A program made the translations under genes and the position numbers. Positions 1-13,912 of a DNA stretch of 64,000 nucleotides are shown piece after piece; within the stretch, counting starts at the first letter, position 1; each line of letters opens with the position of its first letter. Under the pieces are notes generated by a model. The model did no database searches. It was not told where the DNA came from and worked only from the letters and a program-made list of their open reading frames with translations. Where the stretch lies: positions 184,202,001 through 184,266,000 of the forward strand of contig OZ024742.1 of assembly GCA_964016885.1 (NCBI GenBank). Reading direction: 5' to 3'. This DNA is from Eledone cirrhosa (Eukaryota).

Positions 1-1206
1 CGAAATACTTGATTTCCTTAAGCACTAAATTTGAGAGTCGCTATTGTTTTATTGTGCAGGTTCATCAGTTTTTCAAATGCACATTTTGGTTTGTGATTGT
101 CATTTGAATTGTTTGTTTCAGATCAATTTTTGTGAACCCACTGATATGTAAAAAAATTTGTGTTGTTTTTATTAATGAGTTTTGTCGTGGAACCAATGCA
201 TGACAGGCAACTCAAAACATCAACAAGGTATTTGGCAAGGAAGCAGCTCATAAACACACAATGTCGATGGTTTGAGAAATTCCGTTCTGGCAACTTTAAT
301 CTTGAAAATAAGCCACATGGGAGACCTGTGACTAAGGTAGGTAATGAGCTAAAAACTGTAGTGGAAGCAGATACATCTCAAACTACGCATTAATTAGCAG
401 CAAGGTTTAACGTTACTATTCCAATATTGGTCCATTTGAAACAAATCAACATGGTAAAAAAGCTGGACCAATGGGTTCCACATGAATTAAACAAGTGTCA
501 AAAGAGAACACATCTCTAAGCATGCTGTTCTTTGCTATCACAACAAAGGTGAATCATGATTGCATCGTATTGTTAAATGTGATGAAAAATGGATTCTTTT
601 CAACAATTACAAGCATTCAGCATGATGCCTGGATAAAGATGAAGTGCCAAAACACAGACCAAAACAGAATATTCACCTTAAAAAGCTGATGTCTGTTTGG
701 TGGTCCAGCGCTGGCATCATTCACTACATCGTTATGAGACCTGGCCAATCGATTACAGTGAATGTATACTGCAACCAATTGGATGAAATGATGAGTGAGC
801 ATGCAATTAAACAGCCAAGATTGGTCAATAGAGACAGGCCAATCCTCTTGCAAGACAACTTGACCACATGTTGCACAAACAATGCTGCTCAAACTACAGG
901 AGCTGGTCTTAGAAACTGTCACCCACCATACACACCAGACCCTGCACCAACTGACTATCATGTCTTCCAGGCATTTGATCACTTCTTGCAAGGAAATACA
1001 TTCAATTCTCAAAAAGCTGTGAAAACAGCCTTTCACGATTTCATGGCCTCTTGTCCTCCAGGCTTCTTTGCTGCTGACATAAACAAGTTACCATTAAGAT
1101 GGCAAAAGTATGTTGACAGTTTAGACACTTTCATTAAATGCACTGCTTTTTTTTTAGATATAATAAACTAAACTTTGAATCTGCAATCAGAGATTTCATA
1201 CTTAAT

Positions 1207-1208
<2 letters not shown>
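1..1208 (+). mobile_element. Decayed Tc1/mariner (mariner-type) DNA transposon; transposase broken by stops and frameshifts
   Basis: HTH-region RWFEKFRSGNFNLENKPHGRP (160-393), WVPHEL (tgggttccacatgaatta, ~472-489), LMSVWW..GIIHY, ILLQDN, HPPYTPDPAPTDYHVF (mariner HPPYSPDLAPSDY motif) and INKLPLRWQKYV. A probable right TIR remnant (aatcagagatttcatacttaatga) abuts a TA run at ~1208. Confidence 0.93.
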
Positions 1209-1242
<34 letters not shown>

Positions 1243-3539
1243 TTGAGAGAGAGAGATTTTATATATATAGATACATAAGTAGATAGATACTTATTGGATA
1301 GATATCATTTAATAAATGTTTTCCTTGCTAGCAAGATTTGCATGATCTTCAGACAGACAGAATCAGTACTCAAGCAAGCAGGACAGTTGACCTCACAGAT
1401 TGGCCAAGAGTCCACATTTCACTTACATGCAGTCCCATGCTATACTAAGTGCATTTTATTATGCTACTAGAGAGGTTGTCATGTCTTTGACACAACTTAA
1501 GGATCCTCCAAACACTGTTTGACAAGTTTTCTATGGCTGGATGCTCTTCTTATCACCAACCATTTTACAGCATGTACCGAGTGTGTTTATTGTGTAGATC
1601 ACCAACACTAAGGAGATTGTTATGTCCTTGACACAACTGAAGGGTCTTCCCAAACATTTCAAGATAGGTAGGTGTGTAAGCATGTTGTTTAACGTCCATT
1701 TTCCACGCTAGCATGGGTTAGACTGGTTTTCCTCATTAGAAGCAAGTTGGGTCGAGTGACCGTGTCTTGCTCACACAGAACTGCTTCTGGCTAGATTTCT
1801 CCAGCTGAATGCCCTTCCTAATGCCAACCACATACAGTGTGTGTTGGGTGCTTTTTGTCATGACTCTTACATGGCCACTTTACAGTGTGGGCTGGATATA
1901 GACATATATAGATTTGTGGGAAAAGCAAATTTGATCAAATCAAACCAAGTACTTGATTGGTATTTTATATTGTTTAGATATACAAGTGTGTGTATATGTG
2001 TATACACACACGCATTTATATTAATAAAAGAAATATTCAGTACCAATTTTAGGGAGAAAACAGCTAACTAATAAAAGAATGTATGAATTGATTTGACCTC
2101 AAAATAGTTACATACCTTCAATTCTTCAGAAGTCTTTTAAAATGTAACAATTACAAAAAATAAGAAAAGAAATTCAAATAAGACAAGCTTTTAGCTGCTG
2201 TTTTTAAAACAAAATTAGTCCAATTTAACATGTAAATACTTATCATTCCATTATTCAAAGCATTGTTAGTTTTATCAAATAAAATTCATACAAATTAGAA
2301 TGAAAATTCAAACAGAACTTGCTAGTGCAGAAATTCTTTTTAGTACATTTGTTGAGATTAAATTGTTTAAAAAGTTCTTTCTACTCTGATTTGTACTAAT
2401 ATTAATCTTGATAGTGAAAGCACATGGCTTGGTTGATTAAGATTTAAGCTGATGTGCTGTATGTTTGAGCCATTTTCTGGCACTCCAGCTCATTCAGTTG
2501 AAAATTAGAACCAGGTTAACCCCGAGATAAACTGACATCCTGTCAAGGTGTCATTCTCAAGTAGCTTAACACCTATGAAACTGGGATAAAATCCAAGCTT
2601 TGTCCAACCCATGCAAGCATGGAAAAATACAAAATAATTTATCAATCTTGATATTTATGAAATCATTTAACTAATTAAGATCATTTTGTGAAAGTAAGAA
2701 ATGGCACAAGTCAATTGAGAAGAGTCTTCATTCTTTTCTCAAACTGGAGCTATGGCTCTTTTTCTGCCATTGTTTGAATCATCATTATTATTTTACATCC
2801 ATTTTCCATGCATCATGTGACTAAATGGGCAACAGAACCCCATCTTGCTCTTACATTCCATATTTTGATATAGTTGTTAAGGCTGCAAGCTCTTTCTAAT
2901 GACAACTTTACAGGGTGGACTGGGAGCATTTTATAGCACCAGCACTAGAATGATTGAGCAAGACTGAACAGTCCTCTCTACCCTGTATTGAAGATATTGT
3001 AAAAAGAGAAGTAAACTCAATTTAAAATTAGTATGAAAATGAAATTTCTTTTCAATATAAATTCTAGCAGTTGTGTTTAAAATGTTCTAATTAAACTATA
3101 ACCAATTCTATATCAATTGGTTGATTCAAAATCCTCTAAACTATTGGATTTACAATACAGGCAACATTTCTTCAGCATTTAACCCTTACATTATCATGTT
3201 TCTAATGAAATACAGTACCTAAGTTTTCAAATTTTGAAAATTAAGAATTTAGAAGGATTTAGCAGCATAACTAACGTCCACATTATTTATCTGGCGTTTG
3301 GAACCCATCTTAAAAGTTCTTAAATAAATTTATTAAGATTTTTTTTTATATAAATCAAACAAAAATTTTGTAAAGATACAATTGTTGGTAATAGTATCAT
3401 TTCTTCAAGTAAAATGGGTTTCTTTCAAGTTCTTTAACAACTAAATTATCAGTTGATTAAATCAGTTAAAAGTTTAAAACCATCCTTCTGAGTTAATGAA
3501 AACATAAAATGAAATTAATATGTATCTTCATCATTTCAC

Positions 3540-4328
3540 ATGTTTTCTAATGCTTGCATGGATTGGTTGTCTCCACTTGATGGGTTCCTTCATCTCCTCT
3601 GTGAGGTTCAAGCATGTTTCTATCAACATTCACTACCTCCACCCAGATGTTACTTGGTCTTCCTCAGTCTTCTGCAGCTTCCACTGGAATTTACTGACAC
3701 CTCTTCACCCAATGATCATCTATATTCATCATGTCCATACCAGCACAATCTTTTCATTAAGTACACCATATAGAATTCTACCCACTCATTTTCTGCATTT
3801 TAAACAGAGCTGTTTTCCCTATTGGTATCAGGGTCTTTGTTTTTCACCTATTTACTAAAATTGTGGTCTTTGCTAAGTTTACTCTGAATCCATTTGATTA
3901 TAGGTTTTGTGTCCAGTTACAATTTCTCTAGATTTTCCAGATTCAGCTATAAGAAGTAGTTTATCAGCATACAGAAGCTCCAACAAACAACCAGTCTTAA
4001 ACTTTGTTATGGCTTGGAGGAACTAAAATAGGAGTGGGCTGGTGACAGCTTTGATGGACACCTACCTGCACACTGAATTCCTCACTAATCTCATTACCTA
4101 ATTTCACTTTGCTGACAGCTCCTCTATACATGGCTTGCATTGTTCCCACAAGCCTATCATCTACACCTAGTTTTCTTAAAAACCATTATATAATAGATCG
4201 GGGCTCTCAAAGGGTTTTTATCAACTGCAGACGCTAGCCATTGTGGCTTTACACTAGGAACTCCTTTAGTAGTGGTATCACCAAGAAAAGAGCATCTGTG
4301 GTGCACTTTTTGGTATAAAACAAAACTG

Positions 4329-4366
<38 letters not shown>

Positions 4367-4900
4367 ATTGTGCTTAGAATGTCACTTTCATAACTTCATC
4401 AGTTTAATGCTTCTATAGTTAATCCTTTCCAAAGCATCTTTTATCCCTTTGTAGCAGTTAATGATTATACTGTTATGCCAGTCATTGAGTATGATACCAA
4501 CACATTACATGATTGACTATGCAATCAACTAACTTGGCTCCAACTTCACTGGATGATTTCAGCATCTCAGCACCTCTGATGGGATTTTGATGGTGTCTTT
4601 GATCATATACCTATCGGCCTCGATAGCCACTTTCTCTGTTGAATCTATTGGAGGGAAGTTCCTTTTCCTTCCTCTCATTTTCCACATTCAGCAACCTCTT
4701 GTAACTTATCCAAGTCTCTTTCTTCTGGGCATCAGTGAGGTTAAGTACACCAGTGTCATTCTAGCTATTTAATATTGCTCTGCTACCCTTATTCTTCCAA
4801 TCTTTCTAGGCTTTTGGCTATCTACAGCACTATTCCACCACCAAGTCACCTTTTGTCTGGCTGGTCCCTTGTATATTTAACAGTTATAACATTATCATAT
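3540..4900 (-). mobile_element. Highly degraded RTE-like LINE reverse transcriptase remnant (boundaries approximate)
   Basis: Minus-strand translation around 3930-4080 gives SVQVGVHQ..SPLLF and GCLLELLYADKLLLIAES (decayed QG/SP and YADD RT motifs); many stops. Confidence 0.7.
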
Positions 4901-5245
4901 GTCCACTTTCCTTGCATGAGCTAGATGAGTTGTTACAGTCAGAATTACTACTTTCCTAGAAGGGTTACAGTTAGATGTCCTTCCTAACCATTAGATTCAG
5001 ACCTGTCATTCTATTTTCTTATAAAATCCTTCACATACACCTACTGTAAGTCTAAGAGATACCGAAGAGAGAAAAATTAAATTCCTACAAGAAATACTAT
5101 GAAGGATTGCATCATATTAACAAGAATAACTTGATTTCAGGATCATAATTCAATTTAAAGTCTAAATATTAGATAAAAACTCACAAGCTATAGTTATATT
5201 TTAATATCAGGCTATAAAGGTTTTAAAATTCAAAATATATGTTAA

Positions 5246-5416
5246 TCCTTTTGTTACCATACTTCTCACTGCCTATGATTTTCAAATAAATTTGAAAATA
5301 ATCCAGAATTTGGAGAGATTTAGTAATATTAACTTTCTCATTATTAAGCTTTATAGATAAATATAAACACTTTTATACAAACAGGGGCAGTTTCGGGCAG
5401 TTTGGTATCAAAAGGG
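5246..5416. mobile_element. piggyBac-type MITE; representative of an abundant AT-rich family (related copies near 3180, 7760-7950, 8085, 11595, 15843, 16410, 18290, 18840, 22920, 23345, 34280, 45290)
   Basis: Flanked by TTAA on both sides; termini tccttttgttacca ... tggtatcaaaaggg form an imperfect TIR; the internal motif gatttagtaa..taactttctcattattaagc recurs across the window. Confidence 0.7.
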
Positions 5417-5504
5417 TTAAATTAATTATCAGTTTTCATGCAATATCACAGATTTTAGTGGACATTTGCTCAAGCTTCTTAAACTTAGAAATATTTATAC
5501 ATAC

Positions 5505-5682
5505 CCCATGTTCAATTACAGGATGAACTGTCTCCATGAAAATATTCCACCATCGTTGGAGGAAGTCTGGATCATGACCAGAGTTAGGCAGAGGGGTAAC
5601 TGTCTTTGTGTTAGCATTGTAACAGTGCTGCCATGGTTTAACAGCACCAATAAAATGTACAATCTTCACATTTTGCTTGAAT
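5505..5682 (-). CDS. GYG1: Glycogenin coding exon 6 (last exon visible; gene probably continues leftward)
   Basis: aacag| acceptor, (Q)FKQNVKIVHFIGAVKPWQHCYNANTKTV...FLQRWWNIFMETVHPVIEHG, |gtatgt donor. HFxGxxKPW is the GT8/glycogenin motif; phase 2 start matches exon 5. Confidence 0.9.
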
Positions 5683-6949
5683 CTGTTTTAAAAAAAATAT
5701 ATATATATATATATTTGATCATCTTTAGCTACAAGCTGGAAATTTAACTATAGATACACTTAGAAGATATTACACAAAGAAGATACTAAAATACATTACT
5801 TAGCTGTCAACAAACATGCTATAAACTGGAAGTTTAACTATAATTAATTAATTAATTAGTGTGTCCTAATTATATCCAGCAGAGTATCAGTTTGACAAAA
5901 AGCCAGTAGCATGTACCATACTTAAGGCATGGGTTAGTGTAAAAAAAAGAAGAAAAAAAGGAACTCATCCAACCAATGCAAGCACAGGAAAACACAGTAC
6001 TGCACTCTATGCAAACATGGTAAGCAATAGCAACCTACCACATCTTCAAATGGCAGTATGCAAATGAAAAGCTGCTGTGTGAGAAGTTTTGATATGAAAG
6101 AGTATGCTATAAGAAAGGTACTTGAATTGGATAAAATTGTGTAGGAAATCAGGCTAAATGTAATTAATAACTGGATGCTACAGTGTTTAATCAAATGAAG
6201 ATAATATGGGGTTCAAGAGGACTTCAGTCTGGCTGAGCATGTGACAACTAGTGTTGGTGTGAAGATAAAATGCACCCAGTACACAGTAAAAAGATTGGCA
6301 TTAGGAAGGGCATGCAGCTGTTGAAACCAGTCGAAATACCACCACCTGAGAAAAAGGAGACCTGGGGCTTTATAAAGCACTAAAAAAACTACTATGGTTA
6401 TCAGTAACAATCGTGTATGACTTGGTATGTATCATGTTTTTGCTCAGAAATTTTAGGTGCTTATGTAGTTGCAAACTGGAAAGAGGATTGCACCAGTACT
6501 AGACTGAGGTACTTTATTGACCACCAAAAGCATAAAAGTCAAAGTGGAACCAAGCAGGATTCGAACTCAAGAGTTGCAAAGAGCCAGAACAAATATCCAA
6601 CATTCTCATAACTGCCAAATCTACCACCATAAAGTACTAGATGAAATGAATGAACATGAAATTTACAGCCCACACTTATTTAGATTTAGCTGACCTCATA
6701 TGAGGTTGCCTCTCATAGGTTTCTTGAGTGTTTTAATATGTGCCCCAGTCCTATCATGAAAAATGTGAAATTAAGCATCTTACTCAAGAACCCAATACAT
6801 AGCCCAGTCAAGGAACTGAACCTTAAGATTGTGAGTCCAACACCCTAACCACTAGACCACACCATTTATGAAGCACTACTTGCACTAAATTATTAGCACC
6901 GATATACTTTCAGTTAGTGTCACTACATATTACAAGAAAGACAACTTAC

Positions 6950-7076
6950 TGCTTAAATGCTGGTAAATAACTGTAAAATGCTTGAGAAACAACATTATAA
7001 ACAAATGGCAGATGCTTTTTAATATCTGTTGTCGCCCATTCCTTAAAATATAAATTCAGTAATCCTTGGTCACCAC
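6950..7076 (-). CDS. GYG1: Glycogenin coding exon 5 (127 nt), contains the autoglucosylation tyrosine region
   Basis: ttttag|GT GGT GAC CAA GGA...: [42 protein letters not shown], |gtaagt donor. Not in the ORF track; read manually. Confidence 0.95.
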
Positions 7077-7460
7077 CTAAAAATAAAGAAAATATTAAAA
7101 TGTGATAAAAGATTTTAAATTAAAAAAGGGATTCCATTTTGATACCAAGTCACTTAAAACTGCCCCTGGTTCTATGGTACAAAACTTTATTTGATAGTGT
7201 TTACCATTACAATCATAAGTATTCCTCATGTTTACATTTGTTAAACAGGTTATCAACTTCTGTGACTATACAGGCAGATCAGACAACTACCTTCCATCAT
7301 AATTATACATGAGAAACTGTTAGCCCCTTCATGGTGGTATTGCTAATGAAATACATTCTATTTCAACTTAATGAAGAATTTTGAGGGATTTACTAAAATT
7401 AGAAGTTATTTCAATACTAAATTTTACATCTAGTTCTCATAACATTTGTATATTATTCTA

Positions 7461-7546
7461 TGTACTATAGATGCACTTTTGGCGAGTTGTAGTGCACCTG
7501 AGCACTTTACACAATAATTTTATTATTATTATTATTATTATTATTA
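7461..7546 (+). mobile_element. Extremely 5'-truncated copy (3' end only) of the CR1-type LINE family seen at 36.7-39.7 kb
   Basis: tgtactata..cactttt...agtgcacctgagcact.tacacaata followed by a (TAT)n tail matches 39609-39690. Confidence 0.8.
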
Positions 7547-9387
7547 TAAAATATTGAAAGCTTTAAATTTAAATAGGAACCCTGGGTGGTTTTGTTTCAT
7601 AGGCTCAGAGACAGTTTTAGCTGGGTTGGTGTCAAAAGGTTGATGTTCCAAACACCAGCTTAATAATGAAAAAGTTATATTACTAAGCCCCTCTAAATTC
7701 TTTATATTTAAAATTATTTGTAAATCATTAGAATATGATGACAAAAAGAAAATCCAATCCTGTGTTTTAATTCATTTTGAAAATATTCAAGAAGTTGAAA
7801 CACTTACATTATTATTAAGTTGATGATTGGAACATAAAATGTTCTTTCATAAAATGATCATAGGTTTTACTATAATTATGAACACTTTAAAATGGGCAAT
7901 TTTGTATCGGAGAATGAGTTAGTTTCTGAGAGTTTGGTATCAAAAGGGTCAAGATTCTAAAACAACAAATCATTCGGTTGTTTGAAATGAACAAATTAAG
8001 TCAGGTCATTTTTTATTCCAATATTTTGACATTTTGAATTCTATAAAGAGAAATAATGGAAAACACCACTCTACCAAAGCAAATTAACCCTTTCATTGCT
8101 ATATTTCTAATGAAACAAGTCTGATTTTCAAATAATTTTGAAAAAAAAACGAGAATTTGGAGGGATTTAGTAATATAACATTAAGTGTTTAGAGTATAAC
8201 AAAGGTTCTTACAAAAAATTATGATAAATATAAATATTTTTTTAAAAGTTTTGTATCAGAGCTATGAGCAGTTTTAGGTAATTTGGTAATAGTTTCAAAT
8301 GATTAGAGCTAATGTTGAAAATAGCTGCATTAACCTCTGAACTACAAATGATGCCTCCCTACTGCCTTTTCTATTACAATGACCTCTGCTTCTCTCAACC
8401 AACTGCTCTCTCAAAACCATCACTCTTCTCACCTATATTGTTTCAACATCCGTCCTAACCACTAATCTCAGTCTTCCTCCTCAGAATTTCAGCCCCATGA
8501 AAATCCTTTGTTCATGTTTTCCTGCAGTTGTTAACTCCCTAATAGCAAACATCAATATCACCAGTCTCAATACTCTCATTAGTTATAGTGCCCACAGCAA
8601 AGAGACGTGAACCTTTGAGTGTGAAGAACCCAACTATTATATAACTTATATTTTCTACCTAGCTGCTTTTGATCCACTTCTGGATAAAATCTCAGCAACT
8701 ATGCTGGTTTTAGACCTAACTGATCATTCTGGCTAATTGTAGGTGGGACAGGTTGTGGAGTTTGAACACAAAAACAAAAACATACTGCAAAACATCTCAT
8801 CCAATGCACTAACAGTTCCACTAATCCACCACACTAGACTGATACTTTATAAACCAAAAATGGATTAAAGGAAGAGTTGATCTTATGTTCATATATTCCA
8901 TACTATTCATATATCCCATAGTAGACACATATGGCTAAGTGGTTAAGTTTGTTTTGCATCATGAGATCCCGAGTTCAATCCCAACGTGTGGGTAGAAAAT
9001 ATGTCACATGAATCTCTAAAAATTCCATTTTGTGAAATAATCAGCCACTTCCATGTTAATTTCATGAGAAGGCTGCCATGTTGATCAAGCAACTGGAACA
9101 TTAATCAACAAAACTAATGGAGATCCATTCCATACCCTTCATACATTCCATACTAACAAAGGATTCCCACCAACATGAAGCAATATACCCAGCAGTCATT
9201 TAATATTAAATACAAAAGGACTAACACGATACACACAATAGGTATGATCTAACTTACATAGGTTAGACGGACTGTCACATACTGAGACTAGATTTGTCAG
9301 GTGACTACATCTTACTCATACATTGGCTCTTAAAATGTTCCCAGTACGTGCTGTAAAATGGTTGATGCTATGACTGACACTACCACC

Positions 9388-9427
9388 AAAAATATGGAAT
9401 GCTTCATGAATTTACACATCATCCTTT
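9388..9427 (-). pseudogene. U6 snRNA 3'-terminal fragment (retroposed, decayed)
   Basis: aaaaatatggaatgcttcatgaatttacacatcatcctt aligns with the reverse complement of the U6 3' end (AAAAATATGGAACGCTTCACGAATTTGCGTGTCATCCTT); differences are concentrated at or next to CpG sites. Confidence 0.75.
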
Positions 9428-9561
9428 TGAAAAACCAGAAATGATCTAATTTATACAATAGAGATAACCCAATTTATACATCATCCTTTTACATCTGCTT
9501 TAACATGCTTGCATGGGTTGGACAATAAAGATAATCTAATAGAAAAAATTTTTTTATTTAC

Positions 9562-9724
9562 CATCAAAAGAACCATCAGTCTTTGCAAATTGAATCAATG
9601 CATCATAAGTTGCCTCATTTGGTTGCATTACAAATACACCAGAATTGAAACAATCGGGCCATCCTGGATCAGGGGCGGCAGAAAGTTCCTCCTTCTCAAA
9701 GAGTTCATCCACATTTTCAAGAAC
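9562..9724 (-). CDS. GYG1: Glycogenin coding exon 4 (163 nt)
   Basis: ttacag| [54 protein letters not shown](G) |gtaaat. [20 protein letters not shown] is diagnostic of glycogenin. Confidence 0.96.
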
Positions 9725-10551
9725 CTGTAAAAGAAATATCAATTTGTTGAACCATTTGTAAGAATCAAACAAAAGGTTAAAAATCTTCAGTGTAAATTTT
9801 CATATTAAAAAAAATGATTTTATCTATTCCAATTTCTAGATAAGATTAGGACCCTTATTAAAATACCCAAGAGATCTGTTGCATATAAAGTTATATAAGG
9901 GCAGCTGAATCAGAACTATTTTTATATTAAGGCTCATTTCAAATTCACACAATAAGTACAGGTACAGCTGTGTACATAAAAACTTTGCTTCAACCAATGT
10001 GGTTTTGGATTCAATTATATAGTGTGACACTAAGGACAGGCAAGTGTCTTTTAGCCTTAGACTGACCAATGCTTCAACTGTGCAAAGCTGTGCATGTGAG
10101 TGCATGTCTTTGCATTAACACTATATAGGTAGCAGGAGCCTTTTGCAGAGTTTGATCTTTACATGGCGAGCTGTGGGACATGAAGTGGTTGGAAGGGTAT
10201 CCAGCAGTAAAAAGCATGCCAAATATGAGTCGAGGGGACTCTTCTGTTGTGTCAAACACTAGATAGCAAAACCTCTAGCACTGGTGCCATAAAATGCACC
10301 CAGTACACTCTACAAAGTGGTTGGTAATAGGAAGGGCATCCAGCCCATAACATTCCAAAATGATACGTATGGAAGAGACATACCTAGAATGACAGTAATT
10401 CCAATTAAGTACTGACTGATTTGTTCTGTAATAACCCATCCAACCCATACCAGCATGGAAGAACGGCCATAAAATGATTTAAAAAAGTCATTTAAGAAAT
10501 TATATAGAACAAAATGGTAAAAAGGTTCAAATGTGTTCAAACTTGACTCAC

Positions 10552-10726
10552 CAAAGTGTCAGCATCTAAAAATACACATTTAGAATACTGTGTTAATTTC
10601 CAACAGTAGAGTTTTGTGAATGTTACATTGAGATCAAGCCTACCAAGGAGTTGAAGATTTGTGTAGTCATCACTGGAAATAACGTCAACTTCACAAACCT
10701 CATCAAATACTGAATTAAGATTTTTT
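10552..10726 (-). CDS. GYG1: Glycogenin coding exon 3 (175 nt), with the DXD motif
   Basis: tttcag| (R)[58 protein letters not shown] |gtgagt. Read manually. Confidence 0.95.
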
Positions 10727-12125
10727 CTGAAATTAGAAAAAAAATTTTTTCGAAATAAAAAAAAAATTATTTACAACAGATATAGCGAATAACCAAAAAT
10801 CAACAATCATGTATAAGTTGTCCCCATGAGCAGTGGAAACATCTGGTGTCCTCACTCCAGTCCTTGAATGAACCACTTCCCAACTTGCTGCCCTAGAAAT
10901 GAAGATGGCCATCTGCAAAAACAAGCCCAAGTAGCTGGGCTGGCTCTTTTAGTACATCCCCCCTCACTGTCTTGCAAGGTAACACATTCACCAACCAATC
11001 AACATGAAGCAACATCTGATGTTTTGCAAAGGACATAAGATATAACATCGTCAGAGAAACACATCCAGGCTGACACATTTACTGGAAGTACTAAATGCTC
11101 TGTGGTTTCCTTGTTTCTCAATCTGCTGGTAAATACTTTCGAATCTTAGGCTGATTGCATAAAGATTTACATTTATAGACGAGTTTGTAATCCTGCTTAT
11201 ATAATATATACATAGAATATACCGTTCATGCTTGAATCAACAGTGCATTGAGAATATTTATGTTTCTTTCCATGACTATTGCACCTCCATTTTAAATCCA
11301 AAATTTACAATGTACCATATATTTTGAAATGAAGTTTTATAGATCCAGTAAATAACACTAGTATTTCACATCATATTTTCCAGGGAAAATATACAACTTA
11401 TACATATACAAGTATATACAATATACTCTACATCGAAATTAAAAGGCTTAATTCCCTAAAAGAAAAAATTAAGTATATCCTAAATCTGCTGCTTATATAT
11501 TTTACCTCTGACCATTGGTATCTCCATATTCACATTTTAAATATTAAGGGATCTATGTTCAAAATTGTTATCAATTTACCTTGTACTTTCTATATTAACC
11601 CTTTTGAAACAAAAATATTGAAGAATTTCATAAAATACCTTTTTCATTAAAGCTGATGTTTGGAATATTATTTAACAAAAAAATTTTCACATAAAATTTT
11701 GTTTTAACATGAACTTAAAATGAGCAGTTTGGTACCATAGAACCAGGGGCAGTTTGGTATCAAACAGACGAATCTGATGCCCTGCAGCAACATTCCTTTT
11801 TTTTTATTATTAAATGTTTCACCAATATTCATGATCAACATTAGTATTATCAAAAAGGGATGGCAGTTTGAAAACACTGATAATTATTTAAATTGGTAAA
11901 ATTTTAATTCTATTGTATTTGTTGAAGAATATACATTAACTTTTAATGTCCTGTACCACATGGACCTACAATAGAAAGACATTCTTGAAATGTTTAAAGC
12001 AGCACTAAACCTGCATTACATTAAAAAGTAAAACTATGAACATTTAAATAAAACAAACCCATTTTTAGATATATTCATCCAAATCATTACAGACTGGCTG
12101 GCTAACGCCAGAGAGAAAAACTCAC

Positions 12126-12264
12126 CTGAAACTCTCAGTTACACCTTTTGTAATGAGCACAACTAATTTTTTTTGAGTTTGGGTTCTCCGCAAGGATTCT
12201 CCCAGGACCAAACATCCCAACACATAGGTATCATTTGTCGCTAAGGTCACAAAAGCCTCTTTAC
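12126..12264 (-). CDS. GYG1: Glycogenin coding exon 2 (139 nt)
   Basis: ttatag| (G)KEAFVTLATNDTYVLGCLVLGESLRRTQTQKKLVVLITKGVTESF(R) |gtgagt. AFVTLATND is the glycogenin N-terminal motif. Confidence 0.95.
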
Positions 12265-13587
12265 CTATAAAATATAAATAAAATGTAATATTATATATAT
12301 GTGTGTGTGCATCAGTTGCCACAAACATTAATACAGTTTATAAACACCAATTGTGGCAAAAAAAAAAATGTGTCCTGCAGTAGCATGGTTCAATGAATAT
12401 TAGTGATATATAACATACTTAAAATAATGTACGGGATGCCATCAGGAAGGACATCTAATTACAGAAAACCTGCTTCAAGTCTTATACCAACCTATGCAAG
12501 CATGGAAATTTGGACATAAAAATATTAATGTTTATTGAAGTACATATATAACTTCAGTCTTACATATAACCAAAGCTTCTAAAAAGTTCCTATTTTGAAA
12601 AAAAAAAAAAAAAAAAAAAATATATATATAAAATATCCCCTTTAATATTTTGGTAAAGCCAGTGCAAAGAATAGAGAGCTAACTAGACAGTTTATGTTGT
12701 CTAGTTTAATAATCAACATTTCAATCTATATTTTGTTATACATCTTCATAGCATGTATTCAAGTGGTGACATTTGTTTATGCCCCCATATGAACAAAATG
12801 CTCACAGCTTAGTGGTTCAATGAAGATCAGAGGTATACACCAAACTTGAAAAATAAAGTACAGCTTTTTGATATGCATGTGCACGCGTGCATGCATTTTT
12901 GTTTGTTTTTTTACTGTTTAGACAGGTAGGAAAGGAAGGCATCTTCAAACCAGAAATCAGGTCCTACCATATTCTTGCAAAATAAACTTTATTTGCAAAT
13001 AATTTCGAAAATAATCAAAAATTCAAAGAGATTTTATAATATAACCTCATTTTTGCCTTTCATCCTTACGGGGTCGATAAAATAAAGTACCAGTAATGCA
13101 CTGGGTAATTGCTGGCCTTGTGCCTAAAGTAGAAACAATTATTTAGTAGGTATTTGGAGCAAAAAGTAAGAGTTCTTACATAAAATTATGATGTAAAGTT
13201 TTTAGATATAAACACTTCAAAACATTTACATCACAGAACCAGGGTGTTTCAGATGATTTGATATCAAAATGACTAAGAATTAAAATTTACACAACTTTTA
13301 GTTTTTCGCAAGTACATAATCAATTATAAGTGTCTCTACAACACACACACACTAAGAATTTTATTTATATTCATTTTACATGCATTTTAATTTGTGCTAA
13401 CATAGAACTGGGTCTTTTTACAGATGTGCTAAATCATAGTTGCAAGTGGAATTTTCCCAGCCAAGAAAACCGAAACACGAAGAGTTATGTACCTTGCATA
13501 GAAACTAATAATCCAAAATCTATTTTAGTTATTTAAAGATTTCAGACTGACAAGCATTTTTATCGCTCTTTCACCCTCCCTCTCTCA

Positions 13588-13837
13588 TATATATATATAT
13601 TATATATATTATATATATATTATATATATAATATATATATATATAATATATATATATATATAATATATATATATAATATATATATTATATATATATATAT
13701 TATATATATATATATTATATATATATATATTATATATATATATATTATATATATATATATTATATATATATATATAATATATATATATAATATATATATA
13801 TAATATATATATATAATATATATATATAATATATATA

Positions 13838-13912
<75 letters not shown>

